Below, piece after piece: positions 16,887 to 26,579 of a stretch of DNA of 64,000 bases. Under the pieces are notes generated by a model. That model did no database searches. It was not told the DNA's origin and saw nothing but the letters and a program-made list of their open reading frames with translations. Origin of the DNA: Chromatiales bacterium (GTDB lineage: Bacteria > Pseudomonadota > Gammaproteobacteria > JAJPIJ01); NCBI GenBank assembly GCA_052388435.1, contig JBQTIC010000059.1, forward strand, positions 14,395-78,394, read 5' to 3'. Positions within the stretch are counted from its first letter, which is position 1; each line of letters begins with the position of its first letter. A program made the position numbers and the translations under genes.

Positions 16887-19432
16887 TACACTTGTTTTTT
16901 CTGGGCGCATGCCTGCAAGTCGCGGGCTAACTCGCCGCCGGTCTGATAGCGCCTGCCGATGTCCTTTTCGAGTGCCTTGTTGATGATCCCCTGCAGGCAA
17001 CGCTTGCCCTGGGCCAGCTCCGGTCGCGCCTCCAGGATGTCCTGGTGTGGTTCGTTCGCGATCTTGAACATCAGCGTGGCCATGGAATCACCGCGGAAGG
17101 GCAGACGACCGCTCAACAACTGGTACAGCGTGACGCCGAGTGAAAAGAGGTCGGAGCGGCCGTCGATCTTCTTGCCGGCCAGTTGCTCGGGCGACATGTA
17201 GGAAGGCGTGCCGAGAACCATGCCGGTTTTGGTCTTGCTCGAGTCGGTGATGCGCGCGATGCCGAAATCGGTGAGCTTGATGGCCTTGGCCTGCGGGTCG
17301 AACATGACGTTGGCGGGCTTGATGTCGCGGTGCACCACATTCTGCTGGTGCGCGTAATCCAGCGCCAGCGCGGCCTTATAGATGATGCCCATCACCAGCG
17401 GCACCGGCAGGAGGGCGTCCTCCTTGGTGTAGCGTGTGAGGTCGTGGCCGGTGAGGAATTCCATGGCGATGTAGGCGAGATCGTGCTCCTCGCCCGCGTC
17501 GTAGATGGTGACGATGTTGGGATGCTGGAGCCGGCCAGCGGTCTCGGCCTCCCGGAAGAACCGCTGCTTGACCTCATCGAGCTCGTCGGCCTCAAACTCC
17601 TGAGACAGCGCGAGGGTCTTGATCGCGACCACACGATTGATCTTCGGATCCCTTCCTAGGTACACGACACCCATCGCACCCTTGCCCAGCTCCTTTTCGA
17701 CCTGGTAGCGGCCCAGCATGGGCTTCTGCACCGAGCCATCGTTGAGCAGCAGCGTTCCGCCGGGGTGCGAACCCGCGCCGCCGAGCAGGACCGTGTCCTC
17801 CATCTGCTTGGCGCGCACCATGCGCGTCGCGAGATCGCGGAATTTCGGGTTGTGACCGCCAATGTACTGATACACATTGTTGGCCTTGTTGAACTGGCGC
17901 TTGCGCTCGTAGTCGAGGGCCAGGTTGTAGAGCGGATCCATGATCGAATCATCGAGCGGGCACTTGCGGAACTTCTCGAAAGCCATGTCGAGCTGGCCCT
18001 GCTGCTGGAAGGCCAGCCCGAGCATGCGGTTGCTCTCAGCCGATTCCACGTCGGCCTTCATCTTGCCACGCTCGGTGACCAGGAAGCGCTTCGTGGTGAG
18101 CAGCAGGTGGCCACAGAGCAATAGCACCGCGGCGAGCATCGTCTGCATCCAGTTGCCCGATTTCATCGAAAAGAAGCTCAACAGCAGCAGCGTGACCAGC
18201 AAACCGGCAGTGGCCGTCGCCGCCGGTCCGGCTTTGAGCTTCGGCAGCAGCCAGGCGAGATAAGCGCCCACCAGCAGGTACAGCAGCAGCTCCACCCACG
18301 GCGCCCAAGCCGGTATGACGAAGAAGTTCTCGTTCAGGATGCTGGAGACCGTGTGGGCGAGTATGAGCACGGGCGCCATCTGGCCGACCGGCGTGTGGAA
18401 AGTGTCGCCGATGCCGAAGGCAGTACCGCCAATGAGCACGGTTTTCCCGGCGTACTTCTGCGCCGGGATCTTTCCCGACAGAACATCGTAGAAGGAATCG
18501 ACCTGAAAGGCCGGTTCATTGCCGGCCTTGTTCTTGTAGAAGAAGGTGTGCATGCGCGAGATGGGATCCGTGCGGATGGACAGCTTGCCCAGCCTGACGG
18601 AATCGCCCTTCACCAGCTCGATGTCGCCTATGCCCAAGTTGAGGGAACGAGCAGCGATGGCCAGTGCGAGCGACGGGTAGTACCTGCTGTAGTAGTTAAT
18701 GGCCAGAAGATCGGTGCGGATGCCGCCGTCTGGATCCTGCCACTGGCTTAAGTGACCGACAAGCGCAGCCGTGCTGCCGAGAGCGGGGATCGGGGCGAAG
18801 AGCTGCCTGGCGGGGAAGGGCTCCACCTCGCCCAGAGGCCCGACGCTGATCTTGCTGTCGCCCAGCGCGCTCCTCTCGACGTACTCGGGCGTGGGCTTGT
18901 CGGGATTGCCAAGCGGGGCACCCAGCTCGAAGAGGCTGGACAAGACGACGTTGCCGGCGCTGCCAATGGCCTTCTCGAGCTTCCCGTCGTTATCGAGTTC
19001 ACCCTGCGCACTTCTCAGCTTGCTGCCAAGCTCGGCCAGCGCCGCATCGTCGCTTTGGGCCAGGCCGTTGGTCTCATAGAAGCCCAGAATGTCGTTGATG
19101 TATTGCAGTCCGGGATCGACCTGCGGCTCGGTGAAAAAGATTGTGTTGGCTATGACCTTGGCGCCGGCCTGCGCCAGCCTGTCGATTATCTCCGCGTGGA
19201 CCTTTCGCGGCCACGGCCAGCGGCCAATGTTGCTGATGCTGCTGTCGTCGATGGCGATGACGGCAATCTGGGCGCCAGGGTCCCGAGTCGAGGCGCGCAC
19301 ACCGAAGTCGTAAGCGGCGCGCTCCAGCGATTCCACCCACGCCGGCCGATCGCCCTTCAGGAACAGAAGCAGAAACAGCAGCGTGAGGACCACGCCGGCG
19401 AACCAATCGGTTTTCCAGAACGTTTTGCTCAT
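16886..19432 (-). CDS. CHASE2-domain Hanks-type Ser/Thr kinase with TPR-like linker
   Basis: CHASE2 (IAIDDSSI..GRWPWPR, DPDGGIR), TM helices, GKGAMGVVY, VAIK, HRDIKPAN, DFG, GTPSYMSPE. Confidence 0.93.
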   Translation of the reverse strand: MSKTFWKTDWFAGVVLTLLFLLLFLKGDRPAWVESLERAAYDFGVRASTRDPGAQIAVIAIDDSSISNIGRWPWPRKVHAEIIDRLAQAGAKVIANTIFFTEPQVDPGLQYINDILGFYETNGLAQSDDAALAELGSKLRSAQGELDNDGKLEKAIGSAGNVVLSSLFELGAPLGNPDKPTPEYVERSALGDSKISVGPLGEVEPFPARQLFAPIPALGSTAALVGHLSQWQDPDGGIRTDLLAINYYSRYYPSLALAIAARSLNLGIGDIELVKGDSVRLGKLSIRTDPISRMHTFFYKNKAGNEPAFQVDSFYDVLSGKIPAQKYAGKTVLIGGTAFGIGDTFHTPVGQMAPVLILAHTVSSILNENFFVIPAWAPWVELLLYLLVGAYLAWLLPKLKAGPAATATAGLLVTLLLLSFFSMKSGNWMQTMLAAVLLLCGHLLLTTKRFLVTERGKMKADVESAESNRMLGLAFQQQGQLDMAFEKFRKCPLDDSIMDPLYNLALDYERKRQFNKANNVYQYIGGHNPKFRDLATRMVRAKQMEDTVLLGGAGSHPGGTLLLNDGSVQKPMLGRYQVEKELGKGAMGVVYLGRDPKINRVVAIKTLALSQEFEADELDEVKQRFFREAETAGRLQHPNIVTIYDAGEEHDLAYIAMEFLTGHDLTRYTKEDALLPVPLVMGIIYKAALALDYAHQQNVVHRDIKPANVMFDPQAKAIKLTDFGIARITDSSKTKTGMVLGTPSYMSPEQLAGKKIDGRSDLFSLGVTLYQLLSGRLPFRGDSMATLMFKIANEPHQDILEARPELAQGKRCLQGIINKALEKDIGRRYQTGGELARDLQACAQKKQV

Positions 19433-19593
19433 GGAGGAACGCTGGGAGGAAGCTTTCTTGGGCTCTTGCAGTCCCGCTGATAGTACCACTTATGCTAACA
19501 GTAAGAATAGCTTACGCCGACAGGACGCGAATGCAGCCGCGAGTGAGCCCGTGGATGCCCGGCCCTCAGGCCGGTGGCCCGCAGCACCTGCGA

Positions 19594-20058
19594 TCAGCCC
19601 GCCGGTTTACACCAGTGATCCACCGCTTTCTGCGCCTCGGCCTCCGCCCTGGCACGCTCCTCTTTGCTCAGCGGACGCCGCTCGCCGTCCTTGTCTTCCT
19701 CGTACAGATACGAGGCGTGCAGGTACTGATCCAGCGTTTCCTTCGCCTTGGCGCAGTTCTGCTTGCGCTGCGCTTGCTCCTCTTTGCGTCTGGCTTCTTG
19801 TTCCTGCTGCTCGGCGCGCTCGTCTGCGTACTGATCGAGCAGCTTCTTCGTCTTCTCCTCGCGCTCGCCGGTTGTGGGACCTTGCGCGGGCAGGTTGTCT
19901 TTAAACTTGATTTCCGTCGAATCGCTGGAGCCCGGCCGGTCACCATAGTGGACCTTGCCGTTTTCATCGACCCACTTGTAGACGGGCGCCGCCGTGGCGG
20001 TAATCACGAGGCCCGCGCCCAGCATGCTGGCGAGGAGCGGAAACAGGTAGTGAGACAT
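19594..20058 (-). CDS. DUF4124-domain exported protein
   Basis: Signal peptide then VYKWVDENGKVHYGDRP; coiled-coil tail ending DHWC. Confidence 0.85.
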   Translation of the reverse strand: MSHYLFPLLASMLGAGLVITATAAPVYKWVDENGKVHYGDRPGSSDSTEIKFKDNLPAQGPTTGEREEKTKKLLDQYADERAEQQEQEARRKEEQAQRKQNCAKAKETLDQYLHASYLYEEDKDGERRPLSKEERARAEAEAQKAVDHWCKPAG

Positions 20059-20286
20059 GGCGCGGAAACAGGCTGATGGTTGTTGCGCTCGTCCGTACAA
20101 GGCCGGTGCACGCAACGCCGGCTGGAGTAATCTCGTTAGCGTCGGGAAACCGGTAAAGTTTAGCGCGCCGGAAGCCGGGATGCCTGAACAGACGGCATAC
20201 GCATGCCCCTTCGTCAACAAGCAGCGGGCGCAGCGGTCTGCTGCGGGGAGGAGGCGATTACATCGATACGGCCGGGCAGGTGGAGA

Positions 20287-20610
20287 TCAGCGCTCCAGAT
20301 ACTGGAGTTTGTCCTTTACATCCTTCCACTCATCGGCGTCCGCCGGCGCGTCCTTCACCTCGTTGATGACCGGCCAGGCCTTCGACAGATCCGCGTTCAG
20401 TTGCAGGAACTGCTGTTGCTCGGGGGCGAGGTCATCCTCGGAACAGATGGCGTTGACGGGGCACTCGGGCTCGCACAAGGTGCAATCGATGCATTCATCC
20501 GGGTCAATGACGAGCATGTTCGGCCCTTCGTGGAAACAATCGACCGGGCAGACCTCCACGCAGTCGGTGTACTTGCACTTGATGCAGGATTCGGTCACTA
20601 CGAAAGTCAT
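20287..20610 (-). CDS. fdxA: 7Fe ferredoxin (FdxA type)
   Basis: [51 protein letters not shown]. Confidence 0.95.
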   Translation of the reverse strand: MTFVVTESCIKCKYTDCVEVCPVDCFHEGPNMLVIDPDECIDCTLCEPECPVNAICSEDDLAPEQQQFLQLNADLSKAWPVINEVKDAPADADEWKDVKDKLQYLER

Positions 20611-20856
20611 TGAATTCGTCTCACATGTACGGATTAATGAATGAAGCATTATAGCTTCGCGGATCCCCTGCGGGAAAGGCGGAAGCAATGCCGGGCCTGG
20701 GCTTGGCTGATCCACGATTCGCCTAATCGGGAAGCGATCCAAACGATAGTCGCGTTTGGCGCGTTAGGGGTGCGGGCGATCGGCCTGGACGTCGCACGCC
20801 GTCGAGACAACCACGCTCAAGACCAAGGGAAACGCCGCCCGTTTGCCGCGTTGGGG

Positions 20857-21007
20857 AACCTCTGATTAAGTCAGAGGATCCTGCTGCACAGGGATGTCCC
20901 GCCATCTTCGAAGGCGGCAAGCCGTTGAAGATGAAGCAAAGCAAAAACCACGCTTGTTGCCTTGCGTGCTCTGAGAAGTCCACGATGGACTTATTCGGAG
21001 CTCCTTA
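20857..21007. repeat. Palindrome-rich MITE/REP-like element
   Basis: CCTCTGA-TTAAG-TCAGAGG hairpin at the left end; imperfect end-to-end inverted repeat; internal TCTGAGAAGTCCACGATGGACTT (20970-20992) identical to 36165-36187. Confidence 0.55.
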
Positions 21008-22288
21008 AGTGAGCGCTGCGGGCGATCCCTTCGACTGCGGGGTGCCATGGCTCCCAAGGGCCAGGAGCCCGGCACCCACTACGAACAGCACGATGAGTGA
21101 CAAGATCGACAGGCGTGAACTGCCGGCGATGAGCGCCGTTGCGCCCATCAGGAAAGGGCCGAGAACCGACGCGAACCTGCCCATCATGTTGTAGAAGCCG
21201 AAGAACTCAGCGGGCCGATCGGCGGGTATCAGACTGCCGAAGTAAGAGCGGCTCAAGCTTTGAACGCCTCCCTGTACAAGGCCGATCGCGACGGCTATGG
21301 CGTAGAAGCTGGTCAGGTTCGGCGTGATCACGATCCAGATGGTCACGGAGACATAAGTGGCGATGCCGATTAAGATGCCGGCACGCGGGCTGATACGCTC
21401 ACCCAGCCAGCCGAATAGCAACGCCGCCGGAAATCCAACGAACTGGACTACGAGCAGGACCATGATCAGGCTTTCGGCCGGGATTCCGAGGGAGAGTCCA
21501 TAATCCGCCGCCATCTTCTGGAAGGTGTTGACCCCGTCGATGTAGCACCAGTAGGCGAGTAGAAACAGCCACAGGGGCCGGTAGCGGCGGATCTCACGGA
21601 AAGTGCCGGCGAGCTGCGCGAAACCCTCGCGAATCGCCCGGCTGGCTCCCGCATGGCGGATCTCGCTGCGTTCACGCACGAAAAGAAAAAGGGGAATAGC
21701 AAAGATCGCCCACCAGGCAGCAACCGTTACGAAGGCAACGCGCACCGCGGCGCTGGAATCTGCAAGGCCGAAGGACTCCGGATCCAGCGTCATCCATGCG
21801 TTGAGAGCAAGGAGTACACCGCCGCCCAGATACCCCAGGCTATACCCAAAGCTCGAGACGAGATCCAGGCGCTTGCGCGGCGCAACGTCGATGAGCAGCG
21901 AGTCGTAAAAGATCATCGCACCCGAAAATCCGAGTGACGCCCCTATGTAAAGCATCGCCGCCCACTGCCATGCCCCCCGTTCCACAAAATACAGGGATCC
22001 CGTCATTACGAGAGCAAGCGCCGTGAAACTGGCAAGAAAGCGCAGGCGCGCCCCACCGCGGTCGGCAATCGCACCGAGCAGGGGTGCAAGCACGGCAAGA
22101 ATGAAGCTCGCCGTGCCGTTGGCGACTCCCAATCGGAAGGTGCTGACCGTTGCCTCCGTCCCCACGCTCCAGTACTGCTTGAAAAATATTGGAAAGAAGC
22201 CGGCCATGACAGTCGTGGCAAATGCAGAGTTCGCCCAGTCGTACAGAGCCCAGGCGAAAACGGGCCGGCGGAGGAGCAGAGATTTCAA
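21005..22288 (-). CDS. MFS transporter, UMF1/ATG22-like
   Basis: WALYDWANSAFATTV, GYLGGG, GGVQSLSRSYF, EFFGFYNMMGRFASVLGP. Confidence 0.9.
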   Translation of the reverse strand: MKSLLLRRPVFAWALYDWANSAFATTVMAGFFPIFFKQYWSVGTEATVSTFRLGVANGTASFILAVLAPLLGAIADRGGARLRFLASFTALALVMTGSLYFVERGAWQWAAMLYIGASLGFSGAMIFYDSLLIDVAPRKRLDLVSSFGYSLGYLGGGVLLALNAWMTLDPESFGLADSSAAVRVAFVTVAAWWAIFAIPLFLFVRERSEIRHAGASRAIREGFAQLAGTFREIRRYRPLWLFLLAYWCYIDGVNTFQKMAADYGLSLGIPAESLIMVLLVVQFVGFPAALLFGWLGERISPRAGILIGIATYVSVTIWIVITPNLTSFYAIAVAIGLVQGGVQSLSRSYFGSLIPADRPAEFFGFYNMMGRFASVLGPFLMGATALIAGSSRLSILSLIVLFVVGAGLLALGSHGTPQSKGSPAALT

Positions 22289-22399
22289 AATCAGCGCTTA
22301 GCGCCTGGCGGTCAAAGGCTTCGGGTCGACATGAGTAAGCACGTCATGACATCGGCACCATGCAGACTTACAAGAAATTTCGTGTTCCCCCATGCACTG

Positions 22400-24259
22400 C
22401 TATTGATCCATCAGCGCATGGCGGCGGGCAACATCGGCGGACACCTCCGGTTCCTTTTCTCTTTCGGCCTCTTCCTGCTGCTGCAGCACCCACATGCGGG
22501 CGTAGGCACCATCCTGCTCGAGCAACTCGCGGTGGGTACCGCGCTCGATGATGCGCCCCGCGTCCATCACCAGGATCTGATCGGCGTCGATGACGGTCGA
22601 TAGCCGGTGGGCGATGACCAGCGTGGTGCGGTTCTCCGCGATTCTCTCAAGTTCCGCCCGGATGATTCTTTCCGTTCGGGAATCCAGCGCCGAAGTGGCT
22701 TCGTCGAAGATCAGGATCACCGGGTTCTTGAGCAGCGTGCGGGCAATCGCCACCCGCTGCTTTTCGCCGCCGGAGAGCTTCAGGCCCCGCTCGCCCACGA
22801 TAGTGTCGAACTTGTCCGGCAGACTCATCACGAAGTCGTGGATGTGCGCCGACTTGGCGGCGCGGACGATGTCCTCGCCGCTCGCCTCCGGCTGGCCATA
22901 AGCGATGTTGTACCAGATGTTGTCGTTGAACAGCACCGTGTCCTGCGGCACGATGCCTATGGCCGCGCGCAACGATGTCTGCGTCACGTCGCGAATGTCC
23001 TGCCCATCGATGAGGATGCTCCCGCCGCTCACGTCGTAGAAGCGGAACAGCAGCCGCGCCAGCGTCGACTTGCCGGCGCCGCTTGCGCCCACTACGGCGA
23101 CCTTATGTCCCGCCGGCACATCGAAGCTGATGTCGGAGAGGATCTGCCGCCTGGGCTCATAGTGGAAATCCACGTGCTCGAAGCGCACGGCCGCGCCGTT
23201 CACGACCAGCGCTCTGGCATCAGGCTTGTCGTCCACCTCGCGGTTTTCATGCAGCAGGCGGAACATCTTCTCCATGTCCACGAGCGCCTGCCTGATCTCG
23301 CGATAGATGACACCAAGGAAGTTAAGCGGAATGTAAAGCTGGATCAGCATTACGTTGACCAGCACCAGATCGCCGACGGTCATCGTCCCGGCTACCACGC
23401 CCTTGGCGGCAAGCACCATGAGCACAGTCACCGCGGCGGCGATGATGAGGCTCTGCGTGGAATTGAGCAGCCCGAGCGAGGTGCGGCTTTTCACCGCCGC
23501 CTGCTCCCAGTGCTCCAGGCTCTCGTCGTAGCGCCGCGTTTCGAAGTCTTCATTGCCGAAGTATTTCACCGTCTCGTAATTAAGCAGGCTGTCGATGGCG
23601 CGAGTGTTGGCCTTCGAGTCGAGTTCGTTCATGGCGCGGCGGAAATGCGTGCGCCACTCGGTAATGAGCACCGTGAGCACGATGTAGAGACTGATGGCAG
23701 CGAGCGTGATGAGGCCGAACCAGATGCTGTACTTGCTGATAAGGATCGCGCCGACCAGCGCCATCTCGATGAGCGTCGGCAGGATGCTGAAGACGATGTA
23801 GCTTATCAGCGTGTCGATGCCGCGCGCGCCTCGCTCCACGTCGCGGGAAACGCCACCGGTCTGCCGCTCCAGGTGAAAGCGCAGCGAGAGCGAGTGCAGA
23901 TGCCGGAAGGTTTTCAGCGCGACCTGGCGTATTGAGCGCTGCGCCACCCTGGCGAATAGGATGTCGCGCAGTTCGTTGAACAGTGTGCTCGACAGTCGCA
24001 GCAGACCGTAACCAATGACGAGAAATACCGGCACGGCGAGTATCGCGGTGTTCCTGTCCAGCGCATCGACGATATCCTTCAGCACCAGAGGCACGCCGAC
24101 ATTGGCAACCTTGGCCGTGATGAGACACCCGAGCGCGAGCACCACGCGTCCGCGAAACTGCCACAGGTACGGCAGCAGAGTCTTTAAGGTCCCCCAGTCA
24201 CCGCGACTGGCAGGCATCGGTCCCGCGTGGCGGGAAGGGGTATCGGCATGGTGACGCAT
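22400..24259 (-). CDS. atm1: ATM1/ABCB7-type ABC exporter (fused TMD-NBD)
   Basis: FRHLHSLSLRFHLERQTGG, DSLLNYETVKYF, QLYIPLNFLGVIYREI, GASGAGKST, LSGGEKQR. Confidence 0.9.
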   Translation of the reverse strand: MRHHADTPSRHAGPMPASRGDWGTLKTLLPYLWQFRGRVVLALGCLITAKVANVGVPLVLKDIVDALDRNTAILAVPVFLVIGYGLLRLSSTLFNELRDILFARVAQRSIRQVALKTFRHLHSLSLRFHLERQTGGVSRDVERGARGIDTLISYIVFSILPTLIEMALVGAILISKYSIWFGLITLAAISLYIVLTVLITEWRTHFRRAMNELDSKANTRAIDSLLNYETVKYFGNEDFETRRYDESLEHWEQAAVKSRTSLGLLNSTQSLIIAAAVTVLMVLAAKGVVAGTMTVGDLVLVNVMLIQLYIPLNFLGVIYREIRQALVDMEKMFRLLHENREVDDKPDARALVVNGAAVRFEHVDFHYEPRRQILSDISFDVPAGHKVAVVGASGAGKSTLARLLFRFYDVSGGSILIDGQDIRDVTQTSLRAAIGIVPQDTVLFNDNIWYNIAYGQPEASGEDIVRAAKSAHIHDFVMSLPDKFDTIVGERGLKLSGGEKQRVAIARTLLKNPVILIFDEATSALDSRTERIIRAELERIAENRTTLVIAHRLSTVIDADQILVMDAGRIIERGTHRELLEQDGAYARMWVLQQQEEAEREKEPEVSADVARRHALMDQ

Positions 24260-24318
24260 CGCCAGATTGTAGCCCCGCGGATGCGAAACACGGATTCCAT
24301 GTAGGTTGGGGGCACAGA

Positions 24319-24493
24319 CAGGAAGTCGAAAAGCTGCTGAGCAGGCTACCTGACAACAGCACGCTCGAAGACATCCATGTATCACCTGCATGTCCTGGAG
24401 AAAATTAGACGCGGACGCGCCGATATCGAAGCGGGACATGGGTTGTCCCACCAGGAGACCAGGCAACGGTTGCGCCGATGGCTGCAAGAATAG
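24319..24493 (+). pseudogene. Frameshifted antitoxin of the LPD..LEDI.YHLYV type (usually upstream of RelE/ParE); toxin absent
   Basis: QEVEKLLSRLPDNSTLEDI, a +1 base near 24377, then YHLHVLEKIRRGRADIEAGHGLSHQETRQRLRRWLQE*. Confidence 0.65.
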
Positions 24494-24536
24494 ATGCGAC
24501 GCTACAAGGCGATCGTGAACCTGGTCCAAGTGGCTT

Positions 24537-24572
24537 TTGCTCGGATACAGAAATCTGTATGATAATGCATCA
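24537..24572 (+). promoter_or_regulatory. vapBC promoter with operator palindrome; probably leaderless
   Basis: TTGCTC (24537-42), palindrome ATACAGA-AA-TCTGTAT (24545-60), GATAAT (24561-66), ATG at 24573 with no RBS. Confidence 0.55.
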
Positions 24573-24818
24573 ATGAAAACCACTCTCGATCTCAACGACC
24601 AACTGCTTGTCCGCGCCAAGGCGCAAGCCGCCCGCGAGAAGAAAAGTCTTACCAGGCTTATTGAAGAAGGCCTCTCGCTTCGGCTGCGCAAACCTTCAGG
24701 AGCGGCACGCGGGTCGGGGTTGCCTTTACCTGTCTATCATGGCAAAGGCGGGCTGGTCGAAGGAGTAAACCCGATTTCCAACCGTTCGATGTTCGAGGCG
24801 GCCGGCGATGACGCCTGA
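24573..24818 (+). CDS. vapB: VapB-like RHH antitoxin (DUF2191 type)
   Basis: MKTTLDLNDQLLVRAKAQAAREKKSLTRLIEEGL; overlaps the downstream PIN gene. Confidence 0.8.
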   Translation: MKTTLDLNDQLLVRAKAQAAREKKSLTRLIEEGLSLRLRKPSGAARGSGLPLPVYHGKGGLVEGVNPISNRSMFEAAGDDA

Positions 24819-25245
24819 CGTGAACGTGCTGGTGGCGGTCTCGCGTTCCGACCATCCGCATCATCGTCAGGCCCTTGCTTGGATGAACGAAGCGCTGGCT
24901 GCCTGCATTGCCGGCGCGACGCTGCATGTGCTGCCGATGATCGCGGCGAGTTTTCTGCGGCTCGTCACTCATCCAAAGGTGTTTAATCATCCCACACCGA
25001 TCAAGGACGCCGTTCGCTTCCTCGACGCACTGCTTGCAGCACCTGGCGTCGAGATGCCGGAACTTGGTCGCGAGTGGACCGCCTTTCGCCAGCTCTGCCA
25101 GCACCGAGGTCTAAGCGGCAACGCTATCCCCGACGCATGGATCGCAGCCGCCGTTAGGGCGAACGGAGAGAATCTGGTCACGTTCGACCGCGACTTTGTC
25201 ACGCTGCTCGACAAGCATGACTTGACGGTCCTCGCGATCACCTGA
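24808..25245 (+). CDS. vapC: VapC PIN-domain toxin
   Basis: PDVNVLV, HPHH, IPDAWIAA, LVTFDRDF acidic PIN residues. Confidence 0.9.
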   Translation: MTPDVNVLVAVSRSDHPHHRQALAWMNEALAACIAGATLHVLPMIAASFLRLVTHPKVFNHPTPIKDAVRFLDALLAAPGVEMPELGREWTAFRQLCQHRGLSGNAIPDAWIAAAVRANGENLVTFDRDFVTLLDKHDLTVLAIT

Positions 25246-25310
25246 TCGTGATGCCCTCACACGGAAAGTAGTGTTGCGTCACCGAACCACTCGCTATAAG
25301 GGATAAAGCG

Positions 25311-26534
25311 ATGGCAGGCTTACCCGTTAAGCTACCGATTTATAACGCAACAAAAAAGGATTCGGATTGGGAACGTCACGGACTCCGAACGGCCAAGCTT
25401 GTTCGCAGCCTTTGGAATGCAGCGCAAAATAGAGAGAGACGTGATCGAGGGTTTCTTTCTCTCTTGACTCGAATGGGCTGGTGCAACGCGAACAAGGATG
25501 GTTACTCGCACAGCACTACCCGGTGGCGCAATCGCCACTTGGGTGATTATTTGGCAGATGATCCCTATGCCGAACCAGACTCGTTGGTCAAAGCTGCGCA
25601 AAGGCGATGGCCCAGATCACGCAACATCAACTGGAAGTCGTTGTTTGCGCTGTCATACAAGACCGGAATTACACACTACTATAGGTCCCTGCGCGAGCCC
25701 GCCCTTAGGCTTATGGCAAGGCCGTCGGGTGCTATTGCCAGAGTTTTTGGGACGGTTGCAAAGGGGCAACGCGATGCGCGTCACGTGGAACAAGCCATGC
25801 GAATCGTAGACAGTATCCCCGGCTTTCGCACACCACGTGGCGGAAACGGCCATCTCGTCAATACGATCTCGCCTGCTTTGGCATGCCTCGACCCCGCCCG
25901 GCTATTTCCGATCATGAATGAGCGAACTGCAAGTCTACTTAAATCGCGAGGAGCAACCCACGATGCCGACGGAGCTCGGGCTCTTGCGGATTTGATTTTG
26001 TCGGGCGAGGTTGGTGTGGAAAACAGCTTCCAGCTCGATATCTATAGCCAAAACTACCGATTTCCGCGAGTGGCGATTCAGCGATTAGCCTCAAAGACTC
26101 GAACGAGCAGACTTGTGGGATTAAAAAACGAACAAGATTCATTCGCGCAAATAGCCCGGCAGCGGCGGCGTATCCGCAAGCGACATAACGCGTTGGTCAA
26201 CTCGTTCCAGAGATGTGTTCTTCTGAAATATGGCAGGGCGGAGGAAGAACCTTACGATCTTCTGCTAAGAAACTGGCGGAAGGGACGGCATTTGCTAATC
26301 GAAGCCAAGACATCCGCGTCCAGTACAAGTGGACGTTTCCAGATCCGTACCGCAATTGGTCAGCTATTTGATTATCGACGTACTCTGCTTCTAGACAACC
26401 CCCGGAGTCAAATAGACTTGGCCGTGCTTCTTCCTCGCAAGCCAGATACCGACATCATTGAACTCCTGGAGTCATTGGACATACGGACTCTGTGGTTTGC
26501 TAGAGGGCGGCTTGCTGGAACGATAAACATTTAG
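25311..26534 (+). CDS. Hypothetical protein with C-terminal PD-(D/E)xK nuclease domain (Mrr/NucS-like QxxxY motif)
   Basis: PYDLLL...LLIEAKTS and RTAIGQLFDY; visibly lower GC and different codon use than its neighbours. Confidence 0.65.
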   Translation: MAGLPVKLPIYNATKKDSDWERHGLRTAKLVRSLWNAAQNRERRDRGFLSLLTRMGWCNANKDGYSHSTTRWRNRHLGDYLADDPYAEPDSLVKAAQRRWPRSRNINWKSLFALSYKTGITHYYRSLREPALRLMARPSGAIARVFGTVAKGQRDARHVEQAMRIVDSIPGFRTPRGGNGHLVNTISPALACLDPARLFPIMNERTASLLKSRGATHDADGARALADLILSGEVGVENSFQLDIYSQNYRFPRVAIQRLASKTRTSRLVGLKNEQDSFAQIARQRRRIRKRHNALVNSFQRCVLLKYGRAEEEPYDLLLRNWRKGRHLLIEAKTSASSTSGRFQIRTAIGQLFDYRRTLLLDNPRSQIDLAVLLPRKPDTDIIELLESLDIRTLWFARGRLAGTINI

Positions 26535-26579
26535 CGCTTGTTGATAACCAAAAAAAGTGAAGCCGGTGTCGACCTCGAT

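Noticed and set aside
15307-19432. Type VI secretion locus
   Set aside because: Only kinase, phosphatase and FHA are present; no hcp, vgrG, tssB/C, clpV or tssM
20640-20860. Possible 6S RNA or riboswitch upstream of fdxA
   Set aside because: No conserved motif recognised by eye; an Infernal/Rfam scan would be needed
24494-24563. RelE/ParE toxin remnant after the antitoxin relic
   Set aside because: Only a weak V.WS-like trace requiring a frameshift; not supportable
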